64,000 nucleotides of DNA from Ostrea edulis. Lineage: Eukaryota. The DNA lies in assembly GCF_947568905.1 (NCBI RefSeq), contig NC_079168.1:22196001-22260000 (forward strand). The letters run 5' to 3'. This document shows positions 51,784 through 64,000 of this stretch, one piece after another. The notes below the pieces were generated by a model. It was not told where the DNA came from, ran no database searches, and worked only from the letters and a program-made list of their open reading frames with translations. Each line of letters opens with the position of its first letter. Within the stretch, counting starts at the first letter, position 1. A program made the translations under genes and the position numbers.

Positions 51784-52915
51784 GGAGGTACTCTACATCC
51801 TCATAATGGCTGACGTTCTTTAAAAACATGATAGAAAATATAAATATCAGCAATATTTTTAGCCGAGTTGCAACGAAGTTAAACTCGGCTATTGGTTTGG
51901 TGATGCGGGCGGGCGTCAACAATTGGTTTTTGGATGATAACTCGAAAAGTTTACAATCTAATCAAATGAAACTTTGATATATTGTTGGGTACCAAGTAAG
52001 GAAGACCCCTATTAATTTTAGAGAAAAATGGTCAAAGGTCAAGGTCACAGTGACTGAAAATAGAAAGAAAATTTCAGAAAAATTTGGTTTCCGGATGATA
52101 ACTCAGAAAGTTTAAATCCGAATCGAATGATACTTCAAGATATTGTTATGTACCAGGTAAGGAAGACCCCTATTGATTTTGGAGAAAATAGGTCAAAGGT
52201 CAAGGTCACAGTGACCGAAAATAGATTTAAAATTTCAAAAAAATTTGGTTTCAGGAGGATAACTCCAAAACTTTTGATTTGAATCAAATAAAACTTGAAT
52301 ATATTGTTGGATACCAGCAAAGCAAGGCCCCTATTGATTTTGGAGAAAAAGAGTCTAAGGTTAAGGTCACAGTGACCAAAAATAGATTGAAAACTTCAGA
52401 CAAATATGGTTTCTGGACAGTAACTCGAAAAGTTTAAAACTGAATCAAATGAAACTTGGTTATATTGTTGGATAGCAGGTTAGGAAGACCCCCTATTGAT
52501 TTTGGAGAAAAAAGGTCAAGGTCACAGTCCTGAAGAAAGATTGAAAATTTTAGAAATATCTGGATTTGCATAACTCTAAAAGTTTAAATCCGAATATTCA
52601 CAATTATAAATATGCGACATAATTCCTGACTTTACAATGTATCCCATGCAACTCAGCTCATGCACCCCAGGGTGCATATATTTTAAATTTCACCGCCTAG
52701 CTGAGTAGCCCAGTAGGTTAGCGTGTCGATTGCTGAACTGTAGATCATGGGTTCGAGTCCAGCAAGGGTTTTGAATTTTTTTAAATTGCTTTCCACTAAA
52801 ACTGAATTTTTTGATTAGACAAAGTAGATTTTGAAGTTTTCAATTTCAAAATATTGTTTTACACTAAACCTCCACTTTCCATCCATATCAAATTTCTCTA
52901 GTGTAGCATTCCTTC
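51784..52915. mobile_element. Second copy of the tRNA-bearing TTAA MITE, interrupted by a Helentron insertion
   Basis: ttaa|ggaggtactctacatcctcataatggctgac matches the reverse complement of the 20555 end. The sequence resumes after 52680 with tagcccagtagg...ggttcgagtcc and ends gtgtagcattccttc|ttaa. Confidence 0.75.
51857..52680 (+). mobile_element. Non-autonomous Helentron (HINE) carrying about 4.3 units of a roughly 160-bp satellite
   Basis: 5' hairpin tagccgagtt/aactcggcta; short (GGCG)n; units at about 51932, 52092, 52256 and 52414 with ggtcaaaggtcaaggtcacagtgac; 3' subTIR gcaactcagctc (52648) and stem-loop atgcaccccagggtgcat (52660); inserted in a T-run. Confidence 0.85.
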
Positions 52916-53329
52916 TTAACATGTCAATCATTAAATCGCCATTAGATTAAGTCCCTAGCATGTTAAGACTAGCTATTTTGAACTTTAATACTTATGAGTA
53001 ATTTGATGATTTTTGTGAGCATGAGTAATTTCAATGCATGTACTCAAAACAATTACTGCAAATATGGAGATGATAATTACAGTCAGTAATAAAAGCAGTT
53101 CACACTCTGATGTTTTTGTTACGCAATAATTTTTTTTACATATTTCAAAAACTTCTCTTACAAAAACAATACCATTTTAAACATGTAAATAATGCAAAAT
53201 ATAAGTTACAATATTTTCATTACTCTGAATCTGCACAAAACTTAATATACATGACTGCATTATTTTTGAGAGTGCGACTATGAAAAAAAATTATTGCGTA
53301 ACAACTTTGATATCGAATATAATCTACAG

Positions 53330-53391
53330 TAGTCAAGTGGTAAACACACCAGATTGGCAATTCCAGACCACAACAACCCCGGTTCGAATCC
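53330..53391 (+). pseudogene. Decayed tRNA-like / SINE-head sequence
   Basis: A-box-like tagtcaagtgg at 53330 and B-box ggttcgaatcc at 53381; no convincing cloverleaf by eye. Confidence 0.4.
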
Positions 53392-56300
53392 TATCTATGC
53401 TAAAATATTTTTTTTCTTTTTCTAACATATACATAAAAATATGGTATTAAAATACATCTCTTACATTGTCCATGAATACATTTCATATACAATATGTAAT
53501 GGATATGTGAAGTTGATTGTGACCCAGGGGAATAAACTGAAACTATATCTCTGTGGAATTATGGCCCTGTATGTTTGTTGCTTACGACCTCGAGGTCTTT
53601 CATTTGGATAAGGTCATAGGAGAGAAGCATGAAGTTTTTTTTTCTCTCCCTGTCTTGAGGATTCCCTAGGTCCTAGAGAATGCTAACTGCCTTATTTAGC
53701 CACGGAGTGACAGCTGCTGGGACAAATTGATGTAGGATTCAAATGAATCTGTTTATGAAGATCTTTTATGTCTTCATCTTTGAATTGTCACTGTTAATCT
53801 TTGAAAGCATGCAGTGCAGTATTTGTATTTTTAGTTAAACGGAGAAATTAAGCTTTTTAAATGATAGTTTTCTCTGATTAGAAATATTATATTAAGCTTA
53901 TGGATGAGGTCTTAATGATGACTAAACATTACCCTCAACATTATAGTCACAGAAATCGAAAATCTTGTCATGCTAAGTTAGAAAAGGATTGTGGGACATG
54001 TATGCAACATTTCAAATCAAAATTTTAAAACAATTATATATGTAATATTCAGATCCACAGACTGAAGATGCAAACTTTTGAAACTTATTAGAAAGAGAGA
54101 TGTCGTGTTAAAAATCTCCATCATCAGGATCGTTTCAGTTCTGATAAGCACTGATATAGCATAAAAAACAGTGGCAAGGTGGTTGAGGCCTAATTGAGTC
54201 CTATCTCAATAGCAGAAGGTATTAAGATATGAAGCAGTGATGCCTTACAGAACCACGATCTGAGATTTGCACGAATGACAGATTCTCATAAAAACACTTC
54301 ACAAAAATGTTGCTAGACTATCATAGCTGTACTATAAATAAGTGATTTAATTGTGTGTATTTTGAATACTATGCCACATTTAATGTGAAAGTTGCCTTAT
54401 AATGTTCTCTGTATAATATGAATCCGAGATCTTCCACTCAAGGGAGACAACCCATCTTGAGCATCACATTTCTGGAATCCTCTGGCCTGAATATAATGTT
54501 GTTTTTGAGAACATATGTCTGACTGATTTACTGTATTAATGACCCATCATCATGTTCAGTGCCTGGTAGAAGGTGATAAATCGGACATTACGTCCAGGTG
54601 CACACGCTGTAAGAGTGACTGCACTCCTTGATTTAAGACACCTCCAACCTCTCCCTCCTCATAAGCAGAAGTTGTAATGAACTTGTCACCTCTCTGACGA
54701 GGCTTTCTCTGCTGCAGTGAATCTTTACATACATTTGAGATTTTGAATATGACAGGATGTCGTGTGAGGTAAAAATTTTATATGCTGCTCAAATTTTTGC
54801 TTTCTAGCTCTTTTAGTTTTTTTTTCTCTAATGCAATTTGGATACTGGTAGTTATAATCTTGAGGCTTTCCACATTATTTTGATCTGCATTTAGTATATT
54901 TTTTGTCCTTTATCCACTTGACGTGGTCTGTTGTTGAATAAGAACTACAAGAAACCATGTGGCGACATGAGCAATCTGTAAATTTTCAGGGGATTGTTGA
55001 TTCAGATGAGAAGTGTTTCTCCTACTGTTTATATACTGCTCTTGTAGGTAGTGGTGTTAATGTTTTCTTTCAATTGTTTCTTACAATGTTGGAGGAGTTC
55101 ACTGACATCCCTGCCCACAGCTGTTTCATGAGGAACTTCAGACCTCAGCTGATATTTCTGTCTCTGTCTTATGTCAGAGGCTAAAAGCAACACTGCGGCG
55201 AAAATTGGGCCAATACTTATAATAACTGGTAGTGAGAATATTTTAGAATATATGGTAAATTCTTTTTGACAATCATGATCATTTATTCAAAGTAAATTTT
55301 AGTTACGTGACTATGTGTGCAATCTTTTAATTATGAGTGACATTTTTACAGGAATCTTGACTTAGAAAAGGCAAAGGAGACAGTATCTGTCAGAGATTAT
55401 CAGACTTTTTATCAAAATTATTGTATTTATTTACTTGGATATGTATAAACTCTTCTTATCTGATTGCAAAGACACTTTTTGGTAACTTGACACAAAGGAA
55501 AGTGAAGAACTTAGAAAGGATTAACGACCCAGTAATTTCTTGTCTTTGGATTTTATTACTGCCTGTTACACTTTATTTTCACTTTGTCTGGCCAAGATCT
55601 GAATGATCTCCAAGTAGAATGGTCTTTGTCTAATCTTGGCAATTCCATCCTGGATCTTTCTCATTAGGACTGTCTGTAGAATTCGAAGTGTTTACCTTTT
55701 CAAAAGACATATTTTAAACAATTTGGCTTTTATTATGCCTGCTGCCTCTGCAGACATTTTTTTTGCTAAGTAGTAAACTCTTTTTAGACTATTGTCTGAA
55801 TTTATAATTTTATGGCCCAATTTGTTTATATAGATAAACAATAGAAATTATCTTGATATTTTTTATGTTAAAAAATGACTTGATTTACTGCATGTTATGT
55901 TTTCCATATTAAGATCTATTCTTGTAATGAGCGATGTGGTAGGTTTCAAGGAACACATTTCCAAATTAGACAAATTGTGCCAGTTATGAAGACATGCAGA
56001 AATTTAAGTATATTTGAAACATTAATGTCATCACTCAGTATGAATCACAAGCAAATTATGATAAGACTAGCTAATTGGCAAATTTCATATCGTGCAAATT
56101 ATCATAGGCTTCTTTGGGACATTGTTACATTTGCAATTGTATGGTTGTACATGTATAAGGGCTGTCATTGAAGGGGTAACACTGCCTAATGATTTTTTTA
56201 ATCATTTATGATGCGCTTTATTTTTATATCATTGTCAAGAAGGGTCTTCCGAAATTGATTTTAATTAAGAAAACATTCATCAAATATAGGCTAATTAATG

Positions 56301-57405
56301 TTGTTTTTTTGTCAAATAAATATTGAAAAAAATAAGAAAAAGTGTATGGGAATTATTTCTTCTCGGACAAATAAAATGTATATAATTTGCTTGCAGGTTT
56401 TTGGTAGAAAAATATGTTAATGCTATTGTCTTTCTCTGATAAAAATCAAATATAAGTAACTGGTTTACATTTCTCACTGAATGCCCAGAAAATGTTTTAT
56501 TTTTGTAATATTTACTATATGCAGGAAAAAAGTCATGATGTCATATGATTGAGATAAGCACATGAAGTTAATCCACCTCACTCACTACATTTACATATGA
56601 ATTATGTTTCAATTTCTCTTGCATATTAACTGTTGAAATGGTAATGTTGTGATTATAAAGCAAACTTGAAATTCATTGGTAATACAATTCTCTATGCGTG
56701 TTATTGATACCTGTATCTTTTATCAATAACAGTTCAAACATTTAAGTTGCTACTCTGAAGACTTCACCCTATGCATGTATTCACATACATTCTATACATA
56801 TACCAGCCGTGTCAATGTGTTCAAGAAATCACTTTGGATGTTGCGGTTTATTTTCGACTTTATTACAGAATAAACCTCGGAGGTTTCGTGTTTTTGTACT
56901 GTTTTTCACTCCTTGTGGATTTGAGATTTAGTGGGCATTAAGATAAAGCGAAAAAAGCTGTTGGAATCCAGTTAAAAAATACAATATTCCGGCCACATTA
57001 AGCGGTCATATGCTGGCAGGCTTAGGTGTGTAATGAGAAATCCAGGGAGAGGTTTAAGAAATGCTGAGATTGTTTACTGCATTTGCTGATGGAAAAGTGA
57101 AAATTGAATTTTTTTTATCTACCAGGCATATTCTTAAATGAAAATGTTTTTGAAATGAAATTATTAAATGAAAAATAAATTTTCAATTGATGCACTTGGG
57201 TTTTCTCATATTGAAATGTTTGGCTTTTGAAGCATGGTGGCACTTTTTCAATGTTAGTTTAATTTAATGTTGATCAGCATTTTTTTGCCTAACATATGTT
57301 TTATTTCTTGGGAAGTTAGACCTTCATTAATTTGAAATGTGAATTGATGTGTATCCAAGTGCTTTCGACATGGTTTTCAATGGTGTGTAACATTTTATCT
57401 TACAG

Positions 57406-58008
57406 AATGAAGGCAGATTCTGTACAGACAATGTCTCTGTGAAGGCTGCCGTGTGCATGTTTGGTGGTGAGGCCAAAATAAGAAAACTGCCAACACCAGA
57501 CAGGACATTGAAGAAGGATGTGGAAAGAGCAACTTCTCCACTCACAGAGAGAAAAGACAACACAAACCAGAAAATGGATATATTAAACGGAATGGACGAC
57601 CAGGACAGAGCGAATGATAGGGGTTATACAATCAGAGGAACCATATCACCTCTGCCAGGAATTCATGAAAGTCATAAAGACAAAGGAACTGAAAGTAAGA
57701 TCTCTTTTGTTTTTGGTCGACCTTTATCTCCAGAGAGTAGGTGTAAGTCGCCTCCCTATGACAATGAAGTTCCAGCAGTCAGTCACAAAAATCCTGCTCC
57801 TGGAAGATACAGAGGTCGGCATGGTAAGCCACCACTATATGTACCTCCTAGCAAGTCAGCTAAAGTGCCTTACCTAGCCATTGTAGGGATGAACGGGAGC
57901 CAGGGACGACAGTGTTGTGACCAGTGTGTGGCCTGTCTAGTGGATCTGAAGCAACAAGCCCTTCACCTGATGAACACAGAGGATGCCCATAGGAAGACCA
58001 TGTCTAAG
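57406..58008 (+). CDS. KIF26: Internal coding exon (201 codons) of a probable KIF26-like (kinesin-11 family) gene; motor domain not in this window
   Basis: Acceptor ttttatcttacag| at 57405 and donor aag|gtaagg at 58009, both phase 0; fully open frame. The motif CDQCVACLVDLKQQALHLM resembles the C-x2-C...LVELKRQAL motif I recall from KIF26A/B N-termini (unverified). Confidence 0.62.
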
Positions 58009-61000
58009 GTAAGGACTGTATTAGTGTGTACTAATGTACCTTTGTAGTCCAGTTTATTCTTAACATTTCTGTGCAAAGTCTTGTTAGCAAAGTTACAAAC
58101 AATCAAATTTATTTGTGGATGAGTGGACAAGCTGTTTATAAACCTGAAAGCAATGTGTTCCCCCATCAGAAGTAAAGTAGGATACATGGTTAGTTTTGAT
58201 GTGAAGTAGACTCCTAGAATTTTATAGCTCAGTACATCCAAGGTCAAGGTCATTTCACCAAGAATGGATTAATTGTTTGGAATTTGGATGATGTCCTTTG
58301 GTTTGATTGCACCAAAACTTAATGTATATCATGTTATCGTATGAGGAAATTTTAGGCCAATAAATTCAATCATTTTGACCAATACGTACAGAGTGGTTGC
58401 TTTACAGATGATAACTTTGAAGATTTTACACCTTATTTGAAGGCAATCTTTTAAAAATGTATGGTAACCTGCATGTTTCATGTGAGAAAGATTATTCTGT
58501 TTTGTGGGCCTCTTGTTTGAGGGTGTAAGGGACGGACGTAGGGGTCATTGCATGGTAGTCAATGTCTCTTACTTAAAGTAGTAGACTTTGATTTCAGGAA
58601 ATGGTGATTTTTGACAAATATGTTTTAGCAAATTTAAACAAAACTGATAAGTATAATAAGTAGATGTTTGCATTTTCCTAAATGGCCTAATGTTTAGGGG
58701 GATACTACAAGAAAAACACTAGAATTGAATTTATCAAATACTTCATCTCTGGTTGAAGCAAATACTTGGATATTAATATTTCATTAACTTCCAGTCTTGC
58801 ATGTATTAATTTGAAATGCATCAGCAGTTATTGTGTTTAAATGGCTTCCTTGCTCCAACTTCCCATCGTAATTAAACACATTGGTCTAATTGTTAGTTTC
58901 TGAAAGGCTTTGTAAAGTCACACGTCCACCGCTACTGTCTTATTTACTTTTTAAAGAAACCTGCAGATTTTGTGAGCTGAATGTACTCTATTCTTTTGTT
59001 ACTTATCTAACTTTTTGATTTGTCCCTGATCTCATCCATTATTCATGTTGTCATCTGTTGCTAACTGACACTGATTTATGAATTATATCTTTAATATCTA
59101 ATTATTGCCAAAGTTTCAAAGCGAAATTAAAGAACTGGTGACATACGATGGATGAAAATGCTTGAAAAAGATATAATTAATTTGCTAATCCCAATGGCTG
59201 TAACACACTGTTTCCAATGACTTTGTATGGTAACCGTAGCATGTTTACTGTTACTAGAAACAGTATTTTGTGGTCATTGATATACCATTTCCCAGTGATT
59301 CTAAATGATACCTTGCTAATGTCATCTGATGCTTTGTGAAATTTCGTAAAGATTGTAATTGTGTTGTATTTATAGCTGACTGTTTCCTTTGACTCTATTG
59401 TTTTACTTGCTATTTCCAGTTTCTGGTAACTGATTTGCTATTTGCAGTAATTCTATGTGATTAGTAACTATTTCTAATGACTCTCTGAATGGTAACTAAC
59501 TTGTGGTATCTATGGTAAAAAACTTGTTTTAAGTTACTCTATATATATGGAAGGGCTGCAATGGGTACTCAAAATAACCGAAAACCGTGGGGCGTGTTGT
59601 TTGGGTTGGGTTCGGTTCCATTTTTCTGGATTTCGGTTCAGTTTTTAATGATAGAATCCATTTAAACAACATATGGCATCAAAGTCTAAAGTGTGGCTTG
59701 ATTTATTCAATTATTGTTAAATCATGGCCTCGTGGACAAAACAATTACAATATGTAAGATATGTCAGACACATTTAAAATACCCATCATGATCAATATCA
59801 TCATGTATATCGAAAGCATGGAATGGAAACAAGTCAAAGTGGCAATGCTATTTCTAGTATGGACGTCAAGTCTAAACCAGAGTCCAAGTCCGCGAGTAAT
59901 TATTGTAACAAAAGACAAAGTGTTTAAATATGATTTTAACAAGATCCAAACCAAAATACCCAAAACCAAATTAAAAATCCTGAACTAACCCAACCTGAAA
60001 TTTTTTTTGGAACCGGGACAATTATATGGTAATTGATCTGCTACCGTAGGCATGGTAACAAACTGACTATTTTCAGTGGTCTATGTATGGTAGCAGCAAA
60101 CTTTTATTTCTAATAGATGTCATATGTAGTAACAGGTGCTTTGTTGTGTATTGTGTGTGTTGTTTGTACAACATTTATGGTAAAATTTTGTTATGGCCAG
60201 GTGAGAAAAGGGGGCATTTCTATGATGAATTGTGTGACATGTTACATGAATGCACTCGATGACTTCACACCTGATCAAGTCTAATGTCCGAACCATTGTT
60301 CTGAATGTGTCGTTAACTTTTGGGAATTAATAACTGGCAATAATTTTATGGTGTATTTTACTGCCAAATCTGTTTTGAACACCTGCAGTGTCCATTATGA
60401 AAATGTCCATGTATATAATAGAAATACTTTAAATACATATTATATATCGTGTAATTTCAAAATCGATTTAAAATTCCAGGAGTATTGTTAGTTTTCGGGA
60501 TACTAGTGGTATATACATTTGCGACACAATCGTTATGGGCTGCTGTATTTTAACGTCTCTCAGTACAGTTGGTTCTGGATCTGTACAGAGAATTTTAAAT
60601 TGACTACTAAATAAAGCTAGGAACAAAGTCATAAAACCTCCAAAGATGACCCAGGAGGATCAATGTGGTCAGTGTATGGACCAACTTAGATGTCTGCCCA
60701 CTGCAGATAAAAGCTGCAATTTAATTTTGTATGCATTAAAACATGGGACATAACACTTTCTTCATAAAAAAAACGGGAGGATTAAGTTTGTTTGGTCAGA
60801 AGAGGCATATTGTATGACAGATGTTAGATTAGATGAAATGGACAGTTTCTTGGTGTTAAAAGTCAGAAGTTGGGCTATTATTTATGAGGTTAGAGTGATA
60901 TTGATGAAAATTGGTGTGTTTAAGGTGCCTAGGTGATAGCTTCCCCATTGGCAATTTGTCATTATTTAATTAAACACATGTTACTTGTCAAATTTTTCAA

Positions 61001-62593
61001 GAAAATGTCTAAATTTGAGACTACATAGCATACCTGTTTAAAGTTTATGGTCCTTTTCTTTACGGTTGAGGATATGTAATAGTAAAACGTGAAAATATTT
61101 GAAAGCTTGCTAATTAATTTCTTGCATTTATCCAAAAATAAATTACAAAATTCCATAGCACATACCTGAAGAAAGTGTATGAACTTGACATTGTCGAAAA
61201 AGTACATTGCATGACTTGTATAAATACCGGATAATGATCTAATTAGGATACCCCTGGTCTCAAAAAAAAAATTTATATTTATGATCAATGAAAATCAGAA
61301 TGATTGAATTATATTTAAAAGTACATATATATATATATATATATATGTATTCAATAGTAAAGATTTATTTAATGTTGCTATATGTACATGAAGGCCAAAG
61401 TATTTTTTTTAGTGTTAACAAACTTCTGAGGATGGTGTAACTGATTTATTAAATTCCAATGTCCTATTTAAAGATGGATCTGATGTCTAGCTGTATTGAG
61501 TATCACAAGTGTACAAGTAAGAAATCTGTTTGATGTGCTTTTTTCAGCTCTTGTTAATTATAACTGTGATGCCCATTAAAATTGGCTTCTGTACATCAGA
61601 ATTTCTTTTGGCTATTCCTACAGAGTAACCCAATGCCATAAAAACCTTTTGGGATAGTTGTGTAAATGGACTCTACTTGACAAGTCGCTGCACATTTCAT
61701 TCCCAGAAATCATTGTTAATCAATTTTCCATCTTACATTGAGGGGACAATAAATGTCGGTTGGTGTATGGTTTGATTGGTATCATCTTCAGTTGGATCCA
61801 AGGGCCCCTATGTAAAAATTAAGATGGAGAAAGCAGTGAGAAATCTTTTACCAGTGACTCACCCAGGGTCACAATTAAGATACACTTTTTGCTCAGCCAA
61901 GCTGAACTAATTCCATCCATAATATTTTTAAAGACATTATCTGATGTTCATCATTGGAACGAAAAGAGACTCATGGATGACCATAACAGAATTGGTTTAA
62001 GCTTGAGAGATTCTGTGGTTCATAAAGAGATGTAGAGAATTGGAATTTGTCAGAAATGATATTAGGAATGTTAGCAATATGAAAGCTGTTTTCCTGAGAG
62101 AATATTGGAACTCGTCACTATGACATATATTATGATTATATGGCAACTTCTGATTTGTTTTTTCCGGATGGTCATAATCTTTATCCCAACTGTAAAAATA
62201 TTTCTTGGGTAATCCCAAGGTATGGCCATTTGCAACAAAGCTTGAAATTAACTTTATTTAAAATCTGGAAGGATTTGAAGGAAACTTCTAAGGGTCTAGT
62301 TCTTTTGGATGTTTGTTTTCTATCTGTCTGTGTTGTGTTTTTATGATCTATCTTATCTTTGTGATTAGCGTTCTGCCAACAGATTCATGGAGCATGGAAA
62401 AACAAGCTTATCTTTCCATTCTATGCATTTGTGAATTCTACAATCTGCATTTACATTCAAATTTCTTTTGAAAAATTGTATAAATTGACTTATCAGACTG
62501 GTATATCTTGATTCAGCAGGTGAAATGTAAATACCACTGGGAAATGCAAACATTGTCACTTTCCAAAAATAAGAGAGTGAGAGGGACATCATG

Positions 62594-62990
62594 TTTTATG
62601 CCCCTCCATGAATATGGTCGGGGCATATAGTGTTTGCGACGTCTGTTTTTGTCCTTCTGCTCGTCCGTCTGTCCTTCCGTCCTTCTGTCTGTCCTTCTAT
62701 CACACACACTTTGCGTTTAGCTTGGTTTTAAAGAAACTATTCAAGATATTTTTCTATCAAATCTTAAATGCTGATGCAGATTGGTGACATCTATTCAACT
62801 GCATCATTATTTTTTGACCGTGACATTTCGTTTGACCATGACCTCACTTTTCCCGATTTGGTGTTTTTTACTCAGGTTCAAAGCAACTATTGACAATATT
62901 TTTTATGAAAAACCTTACACGGATATGTATTTAGTGGTAGCTATTCAATTGTGGCATTATTTTCTGACCTTGACCTTTCCTGTGATCCCC
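62594..62990 (+). mobile_element. Helentron-associated element (HINE/DINE-like), 5' part
   Basis: ttttatgcccc...ggggcata 5' hairpin, a (CCGT/CTGT)-type microsatellite at about 62660-62700, then tttgacc/gaccttgacc satellite-like sequence; 3' end not clear. Confidence 0.65.
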
Positions 62991-64000
62991 CCCCCATCCA
63001 GGATCAAGTTTCTTATAATTTGTATATTGCATAAAGAATATATGTGAATAAAAGATGGGAATCCAGGTATTTTCTGATTTTTCACTTGCATATTTTTATG
63101 TTTTGATTTGTATGAAATAATTTTCTCAAAAAGAATTAAATTTGAATGAGTCTTATTGATTATATAGTTAGAATATTCTTTGCAAATTGTTTAATAATCA
63201 AGTAAAAGAATAATGAAAGCTTGAAGGAAAATGGGTGTTTTGTTAGAAATTTATTCAAAAGTAACAATTGCTACATTATAATTGTAGATAATTATCTAGT
63301 TTTAAGAAATATGATACTTTTAACTAAGTAAAACAATGGATGCAATGTATTCACATGCATTGTACAGAGCTCAGTTTTCAAAGAACAAAGTTTCAGTTCC
63401 CAGAAGGAATACCCAATGAGTATAGTTCCATTTCCAGTATCAAAGAATGATATCGGGAAACCAGATCATAGTTTGCATCAGTAACTATAATTATAGATCT
63501 ATGGCAACAATCATTGACTAGGCACTATTGTCTTATAACATGCAATTTTTATGAGCTTCTGTTGGTGATACTGAATGTGTTTCCAAAATTGTATTTTGAG
63601 TTTGAATAAGGGTGTAATGAAATCACTCTAAAATTGTGATTTATGAGAGGGAACATTTCTCATTCCTGGCTGACATTTATTGGGGGGGCTGGGAAGAAGA
63701 TGCTGAGATCCCGACTTGTAAGGATATGATCTACAGTCACCCATCACCGTGATTCAATTTTCTCCCTAACTAATGTACTCTTCTGTTTATTACAAGCAAT
63801 CTCCAAGATAGATGGACATCATATGATATCTTCACTAGCCGTCTAGAAATAAACTGGTGCCCTCTTTTTTGTCAGTGGAAAATCAGCTCAACAATTTAAT
63901 AGTTCTAGTGACAGCAGTTAAGCCCTCTGATGTCTTCCACGCTCAACATGTGTTATACAGTCTTTGATTATCAAGTAGTCAATATCTGTTGTTTATCAAT

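Noticed and set aside
52697-53391. Functional tRNA genes at about 52697-52768 and 53330-53391 (also about 20385-20455)
   Set aside because: Pol III boxes are present but the acceptor and anticodon stems do not pair well, and two of the three lie inside a repeated MITE.
37000-57300. Many 60-110-aa ORFs in the ORF track across the large intron and other intergenic DNA
   Set aside because: Their length and composition fit chance ORFs in AT-rich DNA, many start at non-ATG codons or run through microsatellites, and none has domain or splice support.
60604-60753. KARNKVIKPPKMTQEDQCGQCMDQL as the next KIF26-like exon (CxxC motif)
   Set aside because: It is preceded by an in-frame TGA at 60601 and has no pyrimidine-rich phase-0 acceptor.

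Overview
AT-rich animal genomic DNA. The repeat landscape and gene families point to a bivalve mollusc, probably an oyster (inference). (1) At 5.1-22.8 kb are three tandem, same-strand genes that the ORF track captures only in part. Reading splice sites by eye rebuilds three secreted, low-complexity, very basic proteins of 247, 258 and 317 aa. All three have the same layout: ATG 1-2 nt after an acceptor, a signal-peptide exon ending in phase 1, and a large last exon. Genes A and B also have a short non-coding first exon, and a distant candidate exists for C. The modules differ: a His-rich N-terminus, Pro/Arg repeats and Tyr-Gly-basic motifs (A); a Leu/His heptad zipper (B); and a 15-aa DSHPGKGRGRQDKFG array (C). 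This cluster is the best candidate for an undescribed system, such as a host-defence, adhesive or shell-matrix secretion cassette; its function cannot be determined from sequence. (2) At 23.5-25.2 kb is an intronless, RING-less TRIM-like gene (two B-boxes, coiled coil, NHL-type propeller). (3) From about 36 kb lies the 5' part of a large gene, probably KIF26-like, with two coding exons about 21 kb apart in CpG-poor DNA. The rest is a dense set of non-autonomous transposons (Kolobok-, P-, Mutator- and Helentron-like elements and SINEs), several with target-site duplications, plus tandem repeats. All gene models and family assignments were made by eye; no searches were run.
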